DNA of 64,000 nucleotides from Moniliella sp. 'wahieum'. Taxonomy: Eukaryota. Position 1 is the stretch's first letter, and every line of letters begins with the position of its first letter. The position numbers and the translations under genes are program-made. The stretch is from assembly GCA_003971905.1 (NCBI GenBank), contig RSEE01000053.1, forward strand, positions 124,001-188,000, read 5' to 3'. The notes below the pieces were generated by a model. That model was not told the DNA's origin and did no database searches. It saw only the letters and a program-made list of their open reading frames with translations. Shown here one piece after another: positions 24,847 through 38,869 of the stretch.

Positions 24847-27800
24847 ATGAGCTCCCCCTCCCCCGTCTCGGCGGGCCACGCGCAGCACCATTTGTCACGC
24901 CTCCAACCCCCCCGCCCCGCCTCGTCCCCCTCTTCCGCCCCCCCTGCGCCACCCACCCGTGCACCCTGGGTCGTAGGAGCAGCTCTTGGCCGCTTCCGAG
25001 GCTCGCTTTTCCGCCACGCCAGGTCCGCCTCCGCCCATTCCGCCGTGTCCCCCTCGCCTTCCTCTGCGCTCCCTCCCCCCTCTCCTCCGTCCGTCTCGCG
25101 TGTCTTCGGCGTCCCGCTCGCCCACTCCATCCAGGTCGCTTGGTCCCCGTTCCGAACAGTTTGGGTCTGGCAGCCGACGCCTGCGTTCCCTATGTCGTGC
25201 TCCGCATCGGATCCCTGCTGACCGCGCATGCAGTTCATGTCGAAGGCATCTTCCGCAAAGTGGGGTCCCAACGCCGCATGCGCGAGCTTCAGGACGAATT
25301 TGAGCTCGCTCCCAGCTATGGCAGCCACGTCGACTTTGGTTTGGACCCACCGTCAGACGAACCTTACTATACAGTGCACGACGCTGCTTGCGTGCTCCGC
25401 CGCTACCTCACCTCCCTCCCGGATCCTTTGGTCCCACGGGACTTGTGGATGGCCTTTCGTCAAACGGTCATCGCAAGCAACCCTGCCTACTTTGGCTTCT
25501 CACCTACCCTCTCCCCCACTCACGTGTCCGTGCGTCCGTCGACAGTTGGACCGCTGCCTCGGCGGCGGGGGGTCATCTTTTTACTTCTCACTCACCTGTA
25601 TCTTCCACTCCTGCGTCGGCTGTTTCACATTCCCGCCCCTATTCCTACTCTCACTCCCACTCCCATTCCCACTCCCATTCTCATTTCCATTCCCCCTCCA
25701 CCTCCCCGTACCCTTCCTCCCTAAACGGTCGACTTTCTCGTGGGCCCGATGCGGACGGAGAGCCAAGGGGTGTCGCGGTTGTTCCGACTGCGAGTGTGCC
25801 TGCTGGTGGGCAGGAGAACAGCTACAGCCTCTGGCGCGGATTCGGGCGCTGGCTCAAACACACCACATCCCCTACCCCCGGAGATCCTCCGCTTCCGTCA
25901 ATTGCTTGCTCAATGCCCCCGTTTGAACCGCGATCTGGTGCTCTATCTCCTCGAATTGCTGGCCGTGGTGGCTGCGAACCATGAGGTTAACTTTATGACG
26001 GCCGCCAATCTCGCCGTGATTTTTCAGCCCAGTTTCTTCAACCACCCTTCCCTCTTGACCCACCCCGAGGAGCACAAACTCGCCGTCCATGCGCTCGAGT
26101 TGCTCATCCTACACCACCGGGCCTTGCTTCCCGCTTCCGGGGCTGGTACTAAAGCACCAGACACAGGTACAAGTGCATTCTCCCAGGCACCGGCCATCTT
26201 GCCGCGGGGCGCATCGCTTCCACCCTCGTTACGGCAATCAACAGCACTTAGGGAGGAAGGGGAAACTTCGTTGGAGGACGGCGTGTCTGCTCCTTCCTCG
26301 CGACCGGGGACGTTGTGCGACTTTGACCCGAACGTGCCCTTGTCCGCACCAGCCGATGCATCTGTACTTGGAACGGCAGGACGACCGTCCGCTGGGATGT
26401 GGCGGGGCGCATCCACGTCTACGGCGGCATTGGCCGCATCAGCTCTCTCGCCCCCTGTACCGTTCTGCCTATCCGCGTCCACCTCTGCATCGCCAGTGAG
26501 CGCTTCCATGCGGCCACCTACTGCACCCACTACCCCCCACCACCGTCATGACTGCCACAACCGACGACTGGGACCGAAGACGCGCGAGTGAACAGACGAG
26601 TTACACCTCGGTCTCTCACAGTACGTACAGTTGTAGGCCTCACAGTAGCGGTCGCACCGCTCCCACCCTAGCCAGTCCCGTTGAGGAGCGAGAATGCCAT
26701 CCTTCCGACGCAGCTTGCGCTTCTTCTTCGACTTTGCTTTGACCTCACCGCCGTTCTGTGCTCCTCCGCCGCAAGCTCTTCCCTTCCTCGCTACACACGC
26801 ACCGGCGAAACGCGTCCCCTCCAAAGCCCGCATCATCTCCACGGCCCTTCCACCGCGCCTGCTTGCTTCCGAAGACGTCGACGCCCCGTCGCCCATGCCC
26901 GACACCCACGGTCCTGCCCAACAGGAACGAGCCAACGCTCATCCGCTCGCCCCACCTGAACGCCTTTCTCCTCCGGCTGCTGAACCACCGTTGATGCGAG
27001 GACACGGTCGCGCCTCCTCGGCTCCCTTGATGTCGCTCTCAGGGTCCGGATCGGAGTCGTACCGTACCTCCCACTCCACCCTCAAGGCCTTACCTTTCTC
27101 CAGTTCGGGTGTAAGCGAATTGGGCCACCGACTGTCCATTCGCCGACGAAGGGCAACGTACTTGTTCCTCCCCACCCTTCACCTCTACCTCCACCTTTGC
27201 CTGCGGTCCCTTCTCCCCCTCAACGCAAAGCGTCATGGACCAGTCGCTTGTTGGGCCGGACCTTGTTCTCTTTGCCCTCGGCTCATCCGCCTGCCCAGCG
27301 CCGTCCGCCTCGCGCCCCTACATCCACACCCACTCTCACTTCAGCGCCTGCTTCCGCACCTCGGCCCACCCCCGCTCCACTGGGCACGCACTGCCCCAAG
27401 CCAAACCCCAATCGGGGCCCAATATGGGGGTGCATGGGACTGCGCCTGGCGCCGCCCCTGGCTGTTTCTGATACTGTCCCTGGTATTGTCCCTGGTACTG
27501 CCCCTGGTACTGCCTCTGGTACTGCTTCTGGTGGGCCGGCTTCCACGGCCGGGCACGACACTCGCACCTCTTCGTCCCGTTCGGCTTCCGGACGCTCGGG
27601 GGTATCGCGTTCGGCGTCGTGTCGCAGTGCGGTGGCCGCGGTGGCGGCGGCGACGGGGTGGGACGAAGTGCTTCTCACCGCTCGGCGCATTCGGCCCACC
27701 GTCGAGGGCTTAACCCCCCGAGTCGACGGATTGTCCTCAGCTGAACGATCCGGTTGTCAAGTCAGGAAGCCACGGAGGGTGAAGGGAAGTACCAGGTGCC

Positions 27801-27961
27801 AGGTACCTGTCACTTGGTGCGCCGGAGAGCGCTCTCCCCTCCCCCCTTCAACGTTATGCCCAACTGGGGTGCAGCGGACCGACAGGAGCACATTGTCTCG
27901 ACCCTCTCGATTATCTCGCTTATCGCGGGCAAGTCTTGATGTCGCTAGGGACTGCCTTTAG
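24847..27961 (+). CDS. Rho GTPase-activating protein (Sac7/Bag7-like)
   Basis: VFGVPLAHSI, VPYVVLRIG, EGIFRKVGSQRRMRELQDEF, YTVHDAACVLRRYLTSLPDPLVP, NFMTAANLAVIFQP. The low-complexity C-terminus is frameshifted and the 3' end is uncertain. Confidence 0.9.
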
Positions 27962-28852
27962 TTTTCTTCTTCTGTTACCTTGCTCTGTGATTTGGTGTGG
28001 ACATGTTATGCTGGGATACCCCTCCCTTTCCCCCTTCTGCCGTCTTCCCTGCCGGCCCTGGTCGGTCACCTCTGGTGCAATGGTCTTTGTCATAGAGCGG
28101 CTTGCACCCACCTTCCATCTCCTTGTACCTGGATCCTCTGCATCTATAATGGATTTGTTCACTCCACTCCAGACCGCTTTGCGGGGTTGGAATCGCCAAT
28201 CGCCTAGTCGAGACGGTGTGTGGTGAGATGACACGACGTTCACATTGCCCTGAAACCGAATCGAGAGCCCCCGCAGGCTTTCCCCTGTTTGCTCCCAAGG
28301 GGTAAGCCACCGAGGACTCGAGAGATCTACGCCGCTGTTGGGACCGTAATGTGCTCTCACGGCTCTACGGTCATTTGGTGCTATCTATTTTTGCCTGCAT
28401 CCGACCTACCGCTCCCGTCCGCCCCCGTGCCCTCGGACCGAGCTAACCCAGCACCCCAGAGCCAGCAGGGGACCGACCGAGCGGACTCGGGGGGATGGGT
28501 GGAGGGGGCAGTCGCACGCAGCGCGTGCACGTTCCTACGGGGCGGGCTATAAGAGACACTAATGAACGACACTAGCCCAACACACAAAAACGAATGGGAA
28601 AACGGAAAACGGAGGATCCACCGGGCAGGAACGAGAGGAGGTAGAGAACGAGCATCGTACACGGCAAGAACGCGTTCAAGGGAGCGAGAAAAAGGAGCAA
28701 GCGTGGCGAGGGGAAGGGAGCGGAAGAGGTCCAGAGGTCCAAAAGGAGAGAGGGTATTAAGGGTAAAACAAAAACAAAAGAAAAAAAAAAACCTAAAAGC
28801 AGGTCGGTCCCCAGGACGACGGTGGCCACCGAAGTACGTATAGGCAGGTAGG

Positions 28853-31800
28853 CTAGTTGGGCAACCGCAGCGCCTCGACCAAGAGGTGGTCCAAGGTTTG
28901 GCCCAGCTGGGTCAGTTGCCCTTCCATCGCACTGTACCATGCCGGCACGGGGGGCGATGGCCCCGGCCGCCCAAAGAGGGGCACGAGCAAACTACGCTCG
29001 CGCAGTTGTAGCGCTTCGTGCGCCCGAACCGACTGGGCGTCGGGCCACGATGCGCCACCCCACCCCGACGAGAGGGACGGGTAAGTGGCCATGCTGCTCC
29101 CGGTCCGTGAGGCAGAGCGGGACTCTTTCCCCGTCGGTCGCGAGGGAAGGGTGGCAGCATCCATCAGGGCGTACAGGTGGTCCAGGTTGAGTGGACCCAG
29201 TTGGCCATCCGCCCGGACGCAGGGCCCGGGACCAAGGACCCGTTTGGGACCGTGGGAGCCACTTGGCGGGGATGGGCGACGGAGGGGATGCCAAGGACGG
29301 CGCGGCGGCCGACGCGGGGGAGGCACTGGATCGTTGCGTTGCATTGGGTAGCGTCCGGGAGGATAGGGTAATAGCAGCCGAGCCTGCGCCACCCACCGCT
29401 GCGGCGTTGGCGGCAGGCATGCCAGTTCCCCCTCCGGGTGCAAGTCCATTTCGATCCTCCGGCGCCGGGGTTGGGGTGGCACTGCTACTTTGCGAAACCC
29501 AAGCACCAGGAACGTCCAATGCGGAGGTGGCACGCGACGTGTCCGACGCATCCTTGGTATCCGACACCATCCTGCTCCCCGTGGTGGGGGAGAAGGGCGA
29601 CGGAGATGGAGCGGCTCAACTGGGCGGAGAGACTCCACGGCCGCGGATTCCTCTGGACCCATCTCACCGCCCCGCCCGGATGCAACAGCCGCAATCGAAG
29701 AGAAGTGAGACTCGTCGGGGGAGCGGGTAAGGGAGGAGACGTCACTCTCCCCATCTCCACCTTGCATCACATGGTTCAAGATGGCATCAATCGCGTCCGG
29801 TTCCTCCTCCTCGGGTTCGGTGGTCACATCGGGTGTAGTAGGCTCCGAGTCAGGCGCAGCATGGGTAGGCATCGGCTGCGTTCCTCCCACATTTCGAGGC
29901 GCGGCGGTAGGTTGGCCACCAGGCTGGGTCCCAGCGTCAGCCGGGGTCGAAGAGGCAGCAGCACCGCCGCCCCCGCCGTGACCTTTGCGCGCGGCCTCCA
30001 TAGCGAGCGCACGGGCCTTAACCCGCTGGGCTGCAATCATCTCGTGCCGACGGGCCTGCTCATCGTCAGAAGCAGGGGTTGCGGATCCCTGTGCAGCAGA
30101 TAGCTGGGTGCTCGGGGGCTCAGAGGCGGTTACAGGCTTAGTGGGAGGGGTGCCACTGGAGCCCATGCCAGCCTCGGACTCGGCCTCGCGGAGCGCGCTA
30201 ACATCGGGAGCAGTACGGACAAGGTCCAGCTGACTTTTGCGTCGCGCATCGCGTTTGGACGCCAAGGCACGTTCGGTTGGGCTCCAGGCGCGGGCGGTGC
30301 GACTGATGGGGGCGCTGAGGGTACCGTAAATGTGCTGCTGTTGGCGGAGGATGAAGACAGGGTCGGTACTGCGCATGTCGGCCAAAAGGTTGAGCATGGT
30401 ACTGCTGTCCAAACTTCGTCGATCGGTGTTGTTCCAATCGCGTGCGACAGGGCGTAGGGAAGGAGGTGAACGGAACGCATCGTACACTGCCGAGTTGGGG
30501 CGGAGAGGATGTTCGGTGCGATCCACATCCGCTGTCATGCCATAGGGAATAGTGGCCTCCTCCTCGTCGGTCCCATTGTTGCGACGGGTCTCTTCTTCGT
30601 CGCCTCCTTCGGCAACGCCTTGATGGATGCCAAATTTTTCCAGCGCCTGTTCAATCACCTCGGCCACGGTGGCCGAGCGTGGGATGGCTAAGATCTTTTC
30701 CCGATAAGCTTGGTTTACCTCCCCAGTACCACGACCAGTACTACCGGAGCTGCCGTGACGCGAAAGATCAGCAAGCATACTGCGCCGTACGATGGCCGAG
30801 CTGGAGGGGTCAAAGGCGAGAGAATGTGGGAGCTCATTGGGAAGATCAATACACGAATCCCAAATCGTGTAGGCGGCTCGGCTTCAGAGGCCGCAGAGGG
30901 CGCCAAAGAGGATGGATTGGTGATTGACGCGAGACTTGACGCATTACTGAGCATGCCAGGCCGAGGACGACGCGTAAGGAAGAACTTGACAGCGTGGTCG
31001 TCACTAAAGTCATGACTCAACTTGGTGATGGCTGACTTGGCGCTCAGGTTGGACGTAACTGACGAGATTGATCCCACACTAGAACGACGCACGCGGGGCA
31101 TGAGAGCGTTGGCCTCATGCTCTGTGATGTGCTCATATACTTTGAGAGGGACTTCCTCCGGTCGCAATATGCGCTCTTCCCCATCCGCCATTCGTACTTG
31201 CAGGGCAAACTCGGCCTGCACATCAGGTGATAGGCGGTCGCCGGCAGCGGACAGAGCGGAGTGTCGTCGAATACCAAAGCGCTGAACCGCTTGCTTGACA
31301 ATCTCATTCGCCGTTGTCGTCTCGTTGAGCAACACTGTCTTGTATGTCGAGGCAGTTTCCAAATTGGCCGCAGCAAAGACACGGAGAACGTTGAGCATCG
31401 ATACTGAAGTATCCCCGCCAGGGACAATTAAGCTGCCTGGTCGAGGGCGAGCCGGCCCGGAAAAGGTGTGTCCCGAACCCGAGCTGGACATTCCTCCTGA
31501 GCCTGACGAGACCAAGCCTCCGTAGATCGATAGACGGCTGTTGTCAGGCTGCATCGACATACGAGGGGAAGGAGGAGCTTACACCCTCCGGCGGAGGAGA
31601 GAGAACGCCAGTTGCGGAGCCAACGTTGACCCTGGATCCACGCTCGATGACAGAGGGCGGATGCTACTCTCATCCGACACCCCATCATTCGTTCCAGTAG
31701 CCGATACGGGACTCGCGCGCTCCTTCTTATGCCGAGAGAATATCCCAAAGACGCTTGACCGCTTTTTGGTTGCTTTTCCCCGTTAGGCGAGCTCGACCCA

Positions 31801-31994
31801 GCATCCGAAGGAGGCGAAGCACCGCTCTCCTGGGAGCGCATGCTTGTGTCTTGTGTGGGGGAACGTACTCGAATATCCGGAGAGTAGCGTGGCCCAGTGG
31901 TAGACTGAACAGGCGAAAGCCGATTCTCTTGTACCAGCTGAGATTGACGCTGCTGCTCTTGAGCCTGTTGTTGTTGGAGCATTTGCTGACGCCA

Positions 31995-32027
<33 letters not shown>

Positions 32028-33564
32028 TTGCTGTCGTTGCAGTAGTTGCTGCTGCTGCTGCTGCTGTTGCTGCTGTTGCTGCTGTTGCTGCTGTTGCTGC
32101 TGTTGCTGCTGTTGCTGCTGTTGCTGCTGTTGCTGCTGTAGGAGACGTTGATCCTCCTGTTGCTGGTAATAGTATTGGTGAGATTGCATCTGCGTCGCCC
32201 CCTCGAACCGAACGTCAGAGCGCGTTTGGGGCTGCTGAGATCCATAACCTTGCTGCGCGGCAAGGCCTGCTGGCTGACCGTATTGCTGCTGGGACCGGTT
32301 GCCATACTGCAACTCCTCTTGGTACTGCTGCCCAGTGGTATTGGGCTCTTGATTTTGGTCGACGATCCGTCCTGAAGCATACTGCGCCTGCTGCTGGGCG
32401 TAGGCGTCGTGCTGCTGCTGCTGTTGGAGGGCGAGGTGCTGTTGAGACAAGGGCTGACCTTGCGAGAGGGGTTGCTCTGTTTGTTGGGCGCGAGCTCGTT
32501 CGTTGGCCTCCTCTGTTTCGCCCTCGCCTTCGGCCTCGGCATCTTCATCTTCCTCTTCCTCCTCCTCGTCGTAGTAGCCACCCTCTTCGTCATTTTCCGA
32601 CCATTCCTCATGATCACTCAGCTCGAGGACAGTCGAATTACCAAAAATGACGGCCGACTTGCGTCGGTTGGCCAAAATGGCAGGCGTCGCGCCATCGACG
32701 CGGCGAGACAGGGCCGAGCGCTTGCCCGACGAGGCAAGGATGTTGACGCGCTGCTCGCGCGTCTTTACCAGGTAGGACTTTTGGATGTTTTCCTGTACCT
32801 GCACCTGGTCCGCTTGCGTCGCTGAGGAGAGGTCCACATTGCGATGCTTGTTCAAGCGAGCCAGACGCTCAAAGGGGCTCTCGATATTTTCGGCAGGGAT
32901 GTAGCCCACCTCTTGGGTATGTAGGACGCGCACCAGCCACCTGGCCATCGAAGCGTTGTCGGTCAAACTCGAGCCAGCAACGGGGGCAAGGAAACGTACC
33001 AGTAGGAGTTGGAGTCATCGAGAAGAGTGAGACTGTTGCCCTTCTGGACAGTCGCCTGTCCTTCGACAGTGGCAATAAAGTTGTGCAGGGCATAGACCAG
33101 ATCAAAGTCGATGTTTTCGTCGGGGATGGAAGGAGAGGAAGACAGGTCGCCCTCGTCCTCGTCCTCCTCGCCATAGTCGTCCTCGTCCTCTTCCTCGTCG
33201 TATGCGTACCCGCCCGAACATACTGGCCTCCGCTCGTGCGCGTACTCACCCATGTATTCGCCGGGTACAAGGGACATGGCGGCGGCGGCGCCCTGCCCGC
33301 CAGGCCAGCGGCGGACGGGCCGAGGGAATCTGCGTAGTCGTCGGCCTCGTCGCTGAAGCCACTGTTTTCAGCGACATGGGGGTTGTACAGTTGGGCGCCC
33401 TGCGCGCCGGTGTTGAGGCCAGCATCGCCGACGTGGTGGACGTCGGCCTGGGCCTGGAGGGCAGCGAGCTTGGCGGCCTGGTTGCGTGCGGCGATCTGGG
33501 CGGCGGGGCGGCGGTTGTCGAGAGCGAGGCTGGCGGACTGGCCGCCAGTTGCAGCAGAGGCCAT
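28853..33564 (-). CDS. Tea4/Bud14-like polarity protein: SH3, polyQ tract, Ras-association-like domains
   Basis: SSSPSIPDENIDFDLVYALHNFIATVEGQA..LLDDSNSYW|WLVRVL..GYIPAENIESPFERLARLNKHRN and VLRVFAAANLETASTYKTVLLNETT. Intron ~32943-32999. Confidence 0.9.
31966..32137 (-). repeat. Coding polyglutamine tract with (CAG CAG CAA)n core
   Basis: (ctgctgttg)n on the + strand, translating to long Q runs in ORF 31428-32966. Confidence 0.95.
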
Positions 33565-34987
33565 GGCGGTGGGGGGTGGGGGGTGGGGAGTGCCGCCTGC
33601 CTGCAAGCGGCGAGGGTGCAGGGGGGGGGGGAAGGAGGCGGGGAAGTGGAGATGGAGGTGGGTGGTGGGCCGCGTTGGATGTGAATGCGGACGAGCCACT
33701 GAAGAGCTCAGGCGTCGGTGGGGCTGCTTAGTCGTAGTCACCGGCCAGTCACAGCAAAGCACCTTGCCCGCGCTGCCTGGGACAGCGTGCTATGCGGGGG
33801 GGTGCTTGTGCTGGTTGTGCTCTGCTGGCTGCTGGGCTGCGTGGAGAGCTGCCGCGAGAGTCGGCTGGAGCCCAGAGCAGCGAGGAGCCAGCCAGTCCCA
33901 GCCGAGCACACAGCGCCCCCCTGCCTGCATGCGTCCCCCGCCAGCGCCTCGCCGCCGCACCACGCCACTCTCCTGCTGCTCACCGGCCGCCCCCGGATCC
34001 ACAATTGTGATGTCCGGCCCCAGCACAGCGCCTGTCTCCGACCCACATGCAGCCCCCCCATCCAAGTCGCCCTGTGCCGCCCGCCGCAGCCCGCGCACCC
34101 ATCGCATCGCCCAACGCCTGCGGCCCCGTCGACACGTGTCACACATGTCATTAACCAAGCATCATGAATGAAATCATGAAGGGGTCACCGGTCACCCACC
34201 ACTCATCACCAACCACACATTGCACCTCCCTTCGACACCCACCCTCCCCTCTTCACTTCCAACCCTCGGCACCTGCATCTCCACCAGCCCCAGGCAGCTG
34301 CTGTCCCGATCGCACACATCCACCGCCCCCGTGCGGCTTGTTCCACCTGCTACATTCGTTGGAAGAGTGCACATTCATGCATGGATGCTTATGACCTGTG
34401 ATGCCAAACACACTGTACGCCTGAAAAGCGAGACGAGAGAAGACAAGAGGAGTGGGCACTTAAATGGAATTGCGGACAACGACGTGCGCCCCTCGCACCA
34501 TGGCCACGGCAACCCACATAAGGTCGATGGGGGTGTATGAACCGAGTACTGGATGCTGAAAAGGAGAACGGTGAGGAGAACATTGTTTTCGTTGTTTGGC
34601 TGATGGAAGAAAAAAAGAACCAGAGTCCACAGAGCTTCTCCTCTCGCCCATCTTCTCGAGACGGTTCTCTTGCCGGCAGGCTGTACTGGGTCACTGTATG
34701 GAAACGGAGGTATGGAGGAAGAGAAGAAAGAATTGGTTAAAAAACAAACCCAACAAGGGCAAACGGGCCTAGTGGGAAAAGTGAGCCATGTTTTGGAAAC
34801 ACAGCAAAAGTGGTGCTCTGTGCCCAACTCCCTCTTCGAGTCAGAACGAGATGGGGGAAAGAGAAAGCAGCAAAAGTCACCGAGTCCATTTCGGGGAGAA
34901 CAAGAGAACGGACGCCAAAGCGAGAGGAAAAGGCCGGGTCACGTTGACCAAACAAGTGAGTTTTGGTTTGTGGGGGGGGGGGGGGGT

Positions 34988-37304
34988 TCATTCAACTATG
35001 GAATTTTGTTTACAGTCTTCCCGCAAACAAGCGTCCAGACAAAAACATGATGACCAGAAGCCAAAGAGCATAAAAGGGGGAGGGATCGGCTGCGTCGTCA
35101 TATGGCCACCCCCGCTGTCGTGCGCGGCCAACTGCCCAGGGGAGATGGGAGTAACCTGGATCAAGGTTGACATGCCCTGGGTCACAGGCACAAGAACGAT
35201 GGTCTGAACCAGCTCCGAGGTGGTCAAGGACCCAGCTTCCTATTCCGATCCAAATTTTCGGAACATCAACAACAACAGAAGAGAAGAGTCAGTACACCAG
35301 CGTTGATCTATTGCTCCCACAACCACAACCCGTTCCTTGTTGTTCACGGCTGCAAACAAAAGCAGAGAGAGAAGAGACGTACATTCGTGCCCACGGCCGA
35401 AGCCGTTTCGACCACCGTCTGGGTCGCCGTCAAATCCTGCACCGCCACGATCGTGGCCGTCGTCGGGATCGCCGCAATCACTGCCGACGCCGACGGAGGC
35501 GGGGCGACGGCAGTCGAGGTCAAGGTGACCACCGATCCTGGCCCTCCTCCCGATGGCGTCGCTGTCAACGTTTCCACCACCTCGGTGGGGGAGAGGCTCA
35601 GCGGGATGGAGACCACCATTGAACCGGACGATGCAGAGGGAAAGGTGAACACGGTATTCGACGTTGATGATGACTCTGAAGAGTGAACAAGTGAAGTGGA
35701 GGTCTGCGTCACCGTCGATCGAGAGTCGGAAGCAGTGCTAGTGGCTAGGACAGCAGAAGAAGTCGGGGACGTGGTTGTCGAGGAGCCCAACGTGGTACTC
35801 ACAGATGAGGTAGGTTGAGTTGATGAACCTGAGAAGGAAAGCAACGTGCTTGAGGCCCTCGAAGTAGATTCCGCATCTGTTGTAGACGATGCGGCACTGC
35901 TCGATGAAAGTAGAGAGGAGCTGGATGGAGTTGAGGAGAAACTGGGCCCGTTGCTTTGCATAAAGGTGCTACTCTGTTCTGCAACACTTGAATATGAACC
36001 AGGAGTCGAACTGATGGGCACTTCCGAGCTGGATGGAGCTGAGGAAAGGCTTGAACCAGCAACGGCAGTCGAAGAAATGGGATAGCTACTGGTCACAATT
36101 GAAGCCTCGGTGCTGGAGCTCAGGGGGGACTGGAGCTCAGCATGGAGCTGGAACGGGTGATTGCTCAAAGCGGTAGGAGAAGATGCAGACGGTAGCCCCG
36201 TTGAACTCACGGAGGCCTCGAAAGAGGAAGAATCAATGTTGATGGACGATTCTGCACTGGCCGCCGTGGTGAACGACACAATCGCCGACGAAGATACAGG
36301 GGCCGATGTTGGAGCTGGGCGAGCGAGAGATGGTGACGGATCCCGTCTCGTGCGTTGCTGTGCTCGAAATCGACAGCAAAGAAGACATGGACTGAGAAAA
36401 TGTACTTGTCAGGGGAGAGGAGGAAGCGGTTGGATCAATGGTGGTGCTCGGGTCGCTTTCCGTATTGGAAGCGGTACGGGTGGAGGACTCAGGCAAATTG
36501 GAGAAAGTAGAAGAGCTGATTTCGTCCGTAGTTGTGAGATCTGTGAAGCTAGAAGTGGGCACAGCTGTGCAAAAAATAAGGTTAGTTGTTGTTCCTCTTT
36601 CATAGTAACTTTATCAGAGAAAAGTGCCGGAGACGCACTCTGTGTGGACGATACAGTGCCCAAGGAGGAGAACTAGTACTGGCGCCGGTTGGAGCGAGGG
36701 TACTACTATCGGCACTGGTCTGGCGCGTGTTAGAGCCTGTCGGAGAGGATACTGCGCTCATTGTGCTGGTCGAATCAGGTGGGATACTGGTCTCTGAAGA
36801 GATCAGTGTGACGCTGATGGAATCGGAGGAGAGGGGCGCGTTGGTACCCGTAACGACGGTCTCAGAAGGCAGGGTGCTGTCGGCTTGGGTACTAGTGAAG
36901 ATGCCAGACTCTGGTCCAGAGGCAGTAGTGGAGACAGATTCTGACGTGTGGTAGCTTGATGCTTGAGGAGACGAAGAACCCCCTTGTTCAGACTGCAGAG
37001 GAGTGGGAAACGGACTGTGACACAGTCTGGCGGGATGAAAGAAATTGGGTGGATGTGGATGGGCTGGGAGTAAGGGAAGTTGGCGTAGAAGCGGGAGAGA
37101 TAGAGGTGAGGATGGGGGTGAAGTTTGAGGTGGGGGAGTGGTTTCCTCAGGGGAAGAGACTGGTACCGGTGTAGTCGACGACATCGTGGAGACATCGACG
37201 GGGGGGTTCTGAAGCCATTTTATTTTTTGTGGCGGCGGCGGAGTTGCGTGGCCGATGGGCGCAGCTGTTGCACGGCCTAAAGTGGTAAATGTTTCCACCT
37301 GCAT
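34988..37304 (-). CDS. Ser/Thr-rich mucin-like, putative cell-surface protein
   Basis: Consecutive S/T-rich minus ORFs (36600-37328, 36233-36562, 35344-36279), probable intron starting gtacgt near 35381, hydrophobic tail. Boundaries uncertain. Confidence 0.6.
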
Positions 37305-37809
37305 CACTCTGATTCCACTTGCCACCACCGGACCACCACCACCACCACCACACCACCACCACCGGCACCGCCTGTTTTAACGTTTGCTCTCATAGAAAAG
37401 GGACTTCAAGCTTCAAGCTTTATCTTTGGCCCGCTCCACATCAGCCCCACACACACCGGTACCTTGTCCTGCTGCGTTCTGTCAGACAGGGTCTCTGCGC
37501 GTACCTATAGCTCTTTGCTGCACCTGTCGTGCGCAATGCGCAGCCCCCGAAAGCGTTCATTACGTTCCGTGTTCCACGTCTAAAGGTTTGACAAATTGAA
37601 CTTAGACGCCTCCATTTGAACTTCAGGCTTGGCGTTCGAGCGTCGGCCACGCACGCCAGTATCCGGTTTGGTGTCGTCCTCCGATCACCGCATGTAAGGA
37701 CAATTACTAGTGTGCGGGCCGTGGCATGCGTTACATCCACAGTGGAGAAGGTCCAAGCCGGGGAAATAACGTTGGGTGGGGGATGGGAGCCAAACGTTTG
37801 CTCGGCAAT

Positions 37810-38428
37810 CAGGCGCTCCAGGGGTCTTGACAACGGCAGCAATGCACTCCACCTCAACCCAACATCGAGGGGAAGGCGAGCCACTTCGACCGCAGAGCGG
37901 GCAGGCTTGTGGCCCTCAAACGCCTTCAGGGAGCTCGGTTAGAAAATCATAGAAGCCTGCCAGAGAAAGGGTGGGACGACGAAACATACCTTTTCGTACA
38001 CAGCGTTGATGCGTTTAAAGTGTTCCATGTTCTTGAGGAAGACAGTCGTCTTGAGGACCGAGGTCTTGTCCGCTCCGGCGGCTTGAGGACCGCAAACAAG
38101 TTGGTGAGGGCCTGTTCTGTTTGCTTCTCGATCACCCCAGGCGCCGAGGCATCGCCCTCACCTCCCTCAACCAACTTGCCCGTCTTAGCATCGAGCGGAA
38201 TGCAGCCCGACACATACGCGGTCTGGGTCGCTTCATGCACGATTACCTGAGAGTAGGGTCCCAGCGCAGCGGGCGCATCAGCAGAGTGGTGCGCAGTGAG
38301 CTGGAGGCGCGGGGGGAGGTGTGGAGAGCACGCGCAGGGAGTAGCTGAGCCGCGCGTGCCGGAAGCAGGAGGGAGCGCGAGACGGCAGGGAAGGCAGTGC
38401 GGGCAGAAAGTGCAGAGCGAGCGAACAT
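37810..38428 (-). CDS. RidA/YjgF/UK114 enamine deaminase, mitochondrial (Mmf1-like)
   Basis: Arg/Ala/Ser-rich presequence, [40 protein letters not shown], intron gtatgt..ctaac..aag, [18 protein letters not shown]. Stop position uncertain. Confidence 0.92.
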
Positions 38429-38869
38429 GGCGGTGGTGATGGAGATCAACAGCTGAGGCGATTTCCGCTGAGGCGGGAAGAGCGATTGGACAGACGGATG
38501 AATGGGGTCTTCCGGATCAAATCGTCCGTGCACGATTGCTGCCAGCTTGTCCATGTCCACTGCACTTGGGTCCGGCAGGTTGCACCGATCCACAGCTGAT
38601 TAAGCAATGCGGCGGTCGCCTGATTCGCCCACAATCTACGAGCTCCGGGCGGGCAAGAGGAAAGAAATGAGCTTGTGGGGGTGTCTGGCCAACGCACTGG
38701 CGCTCACGCGCCCACGCTCCTACCTGCCGCACCCTGTCCGCATCCTGGCTTGCCACACTAGGCATGCTAGCCAGGTTGCCCCTAACTGGCTAACCTCTTC
38801 ACTCCGCCGAGCAACTGCTGCTGCGACCAGGCCCCCCCATACCCCCGACTGAGTCTGTGATACCTACGC

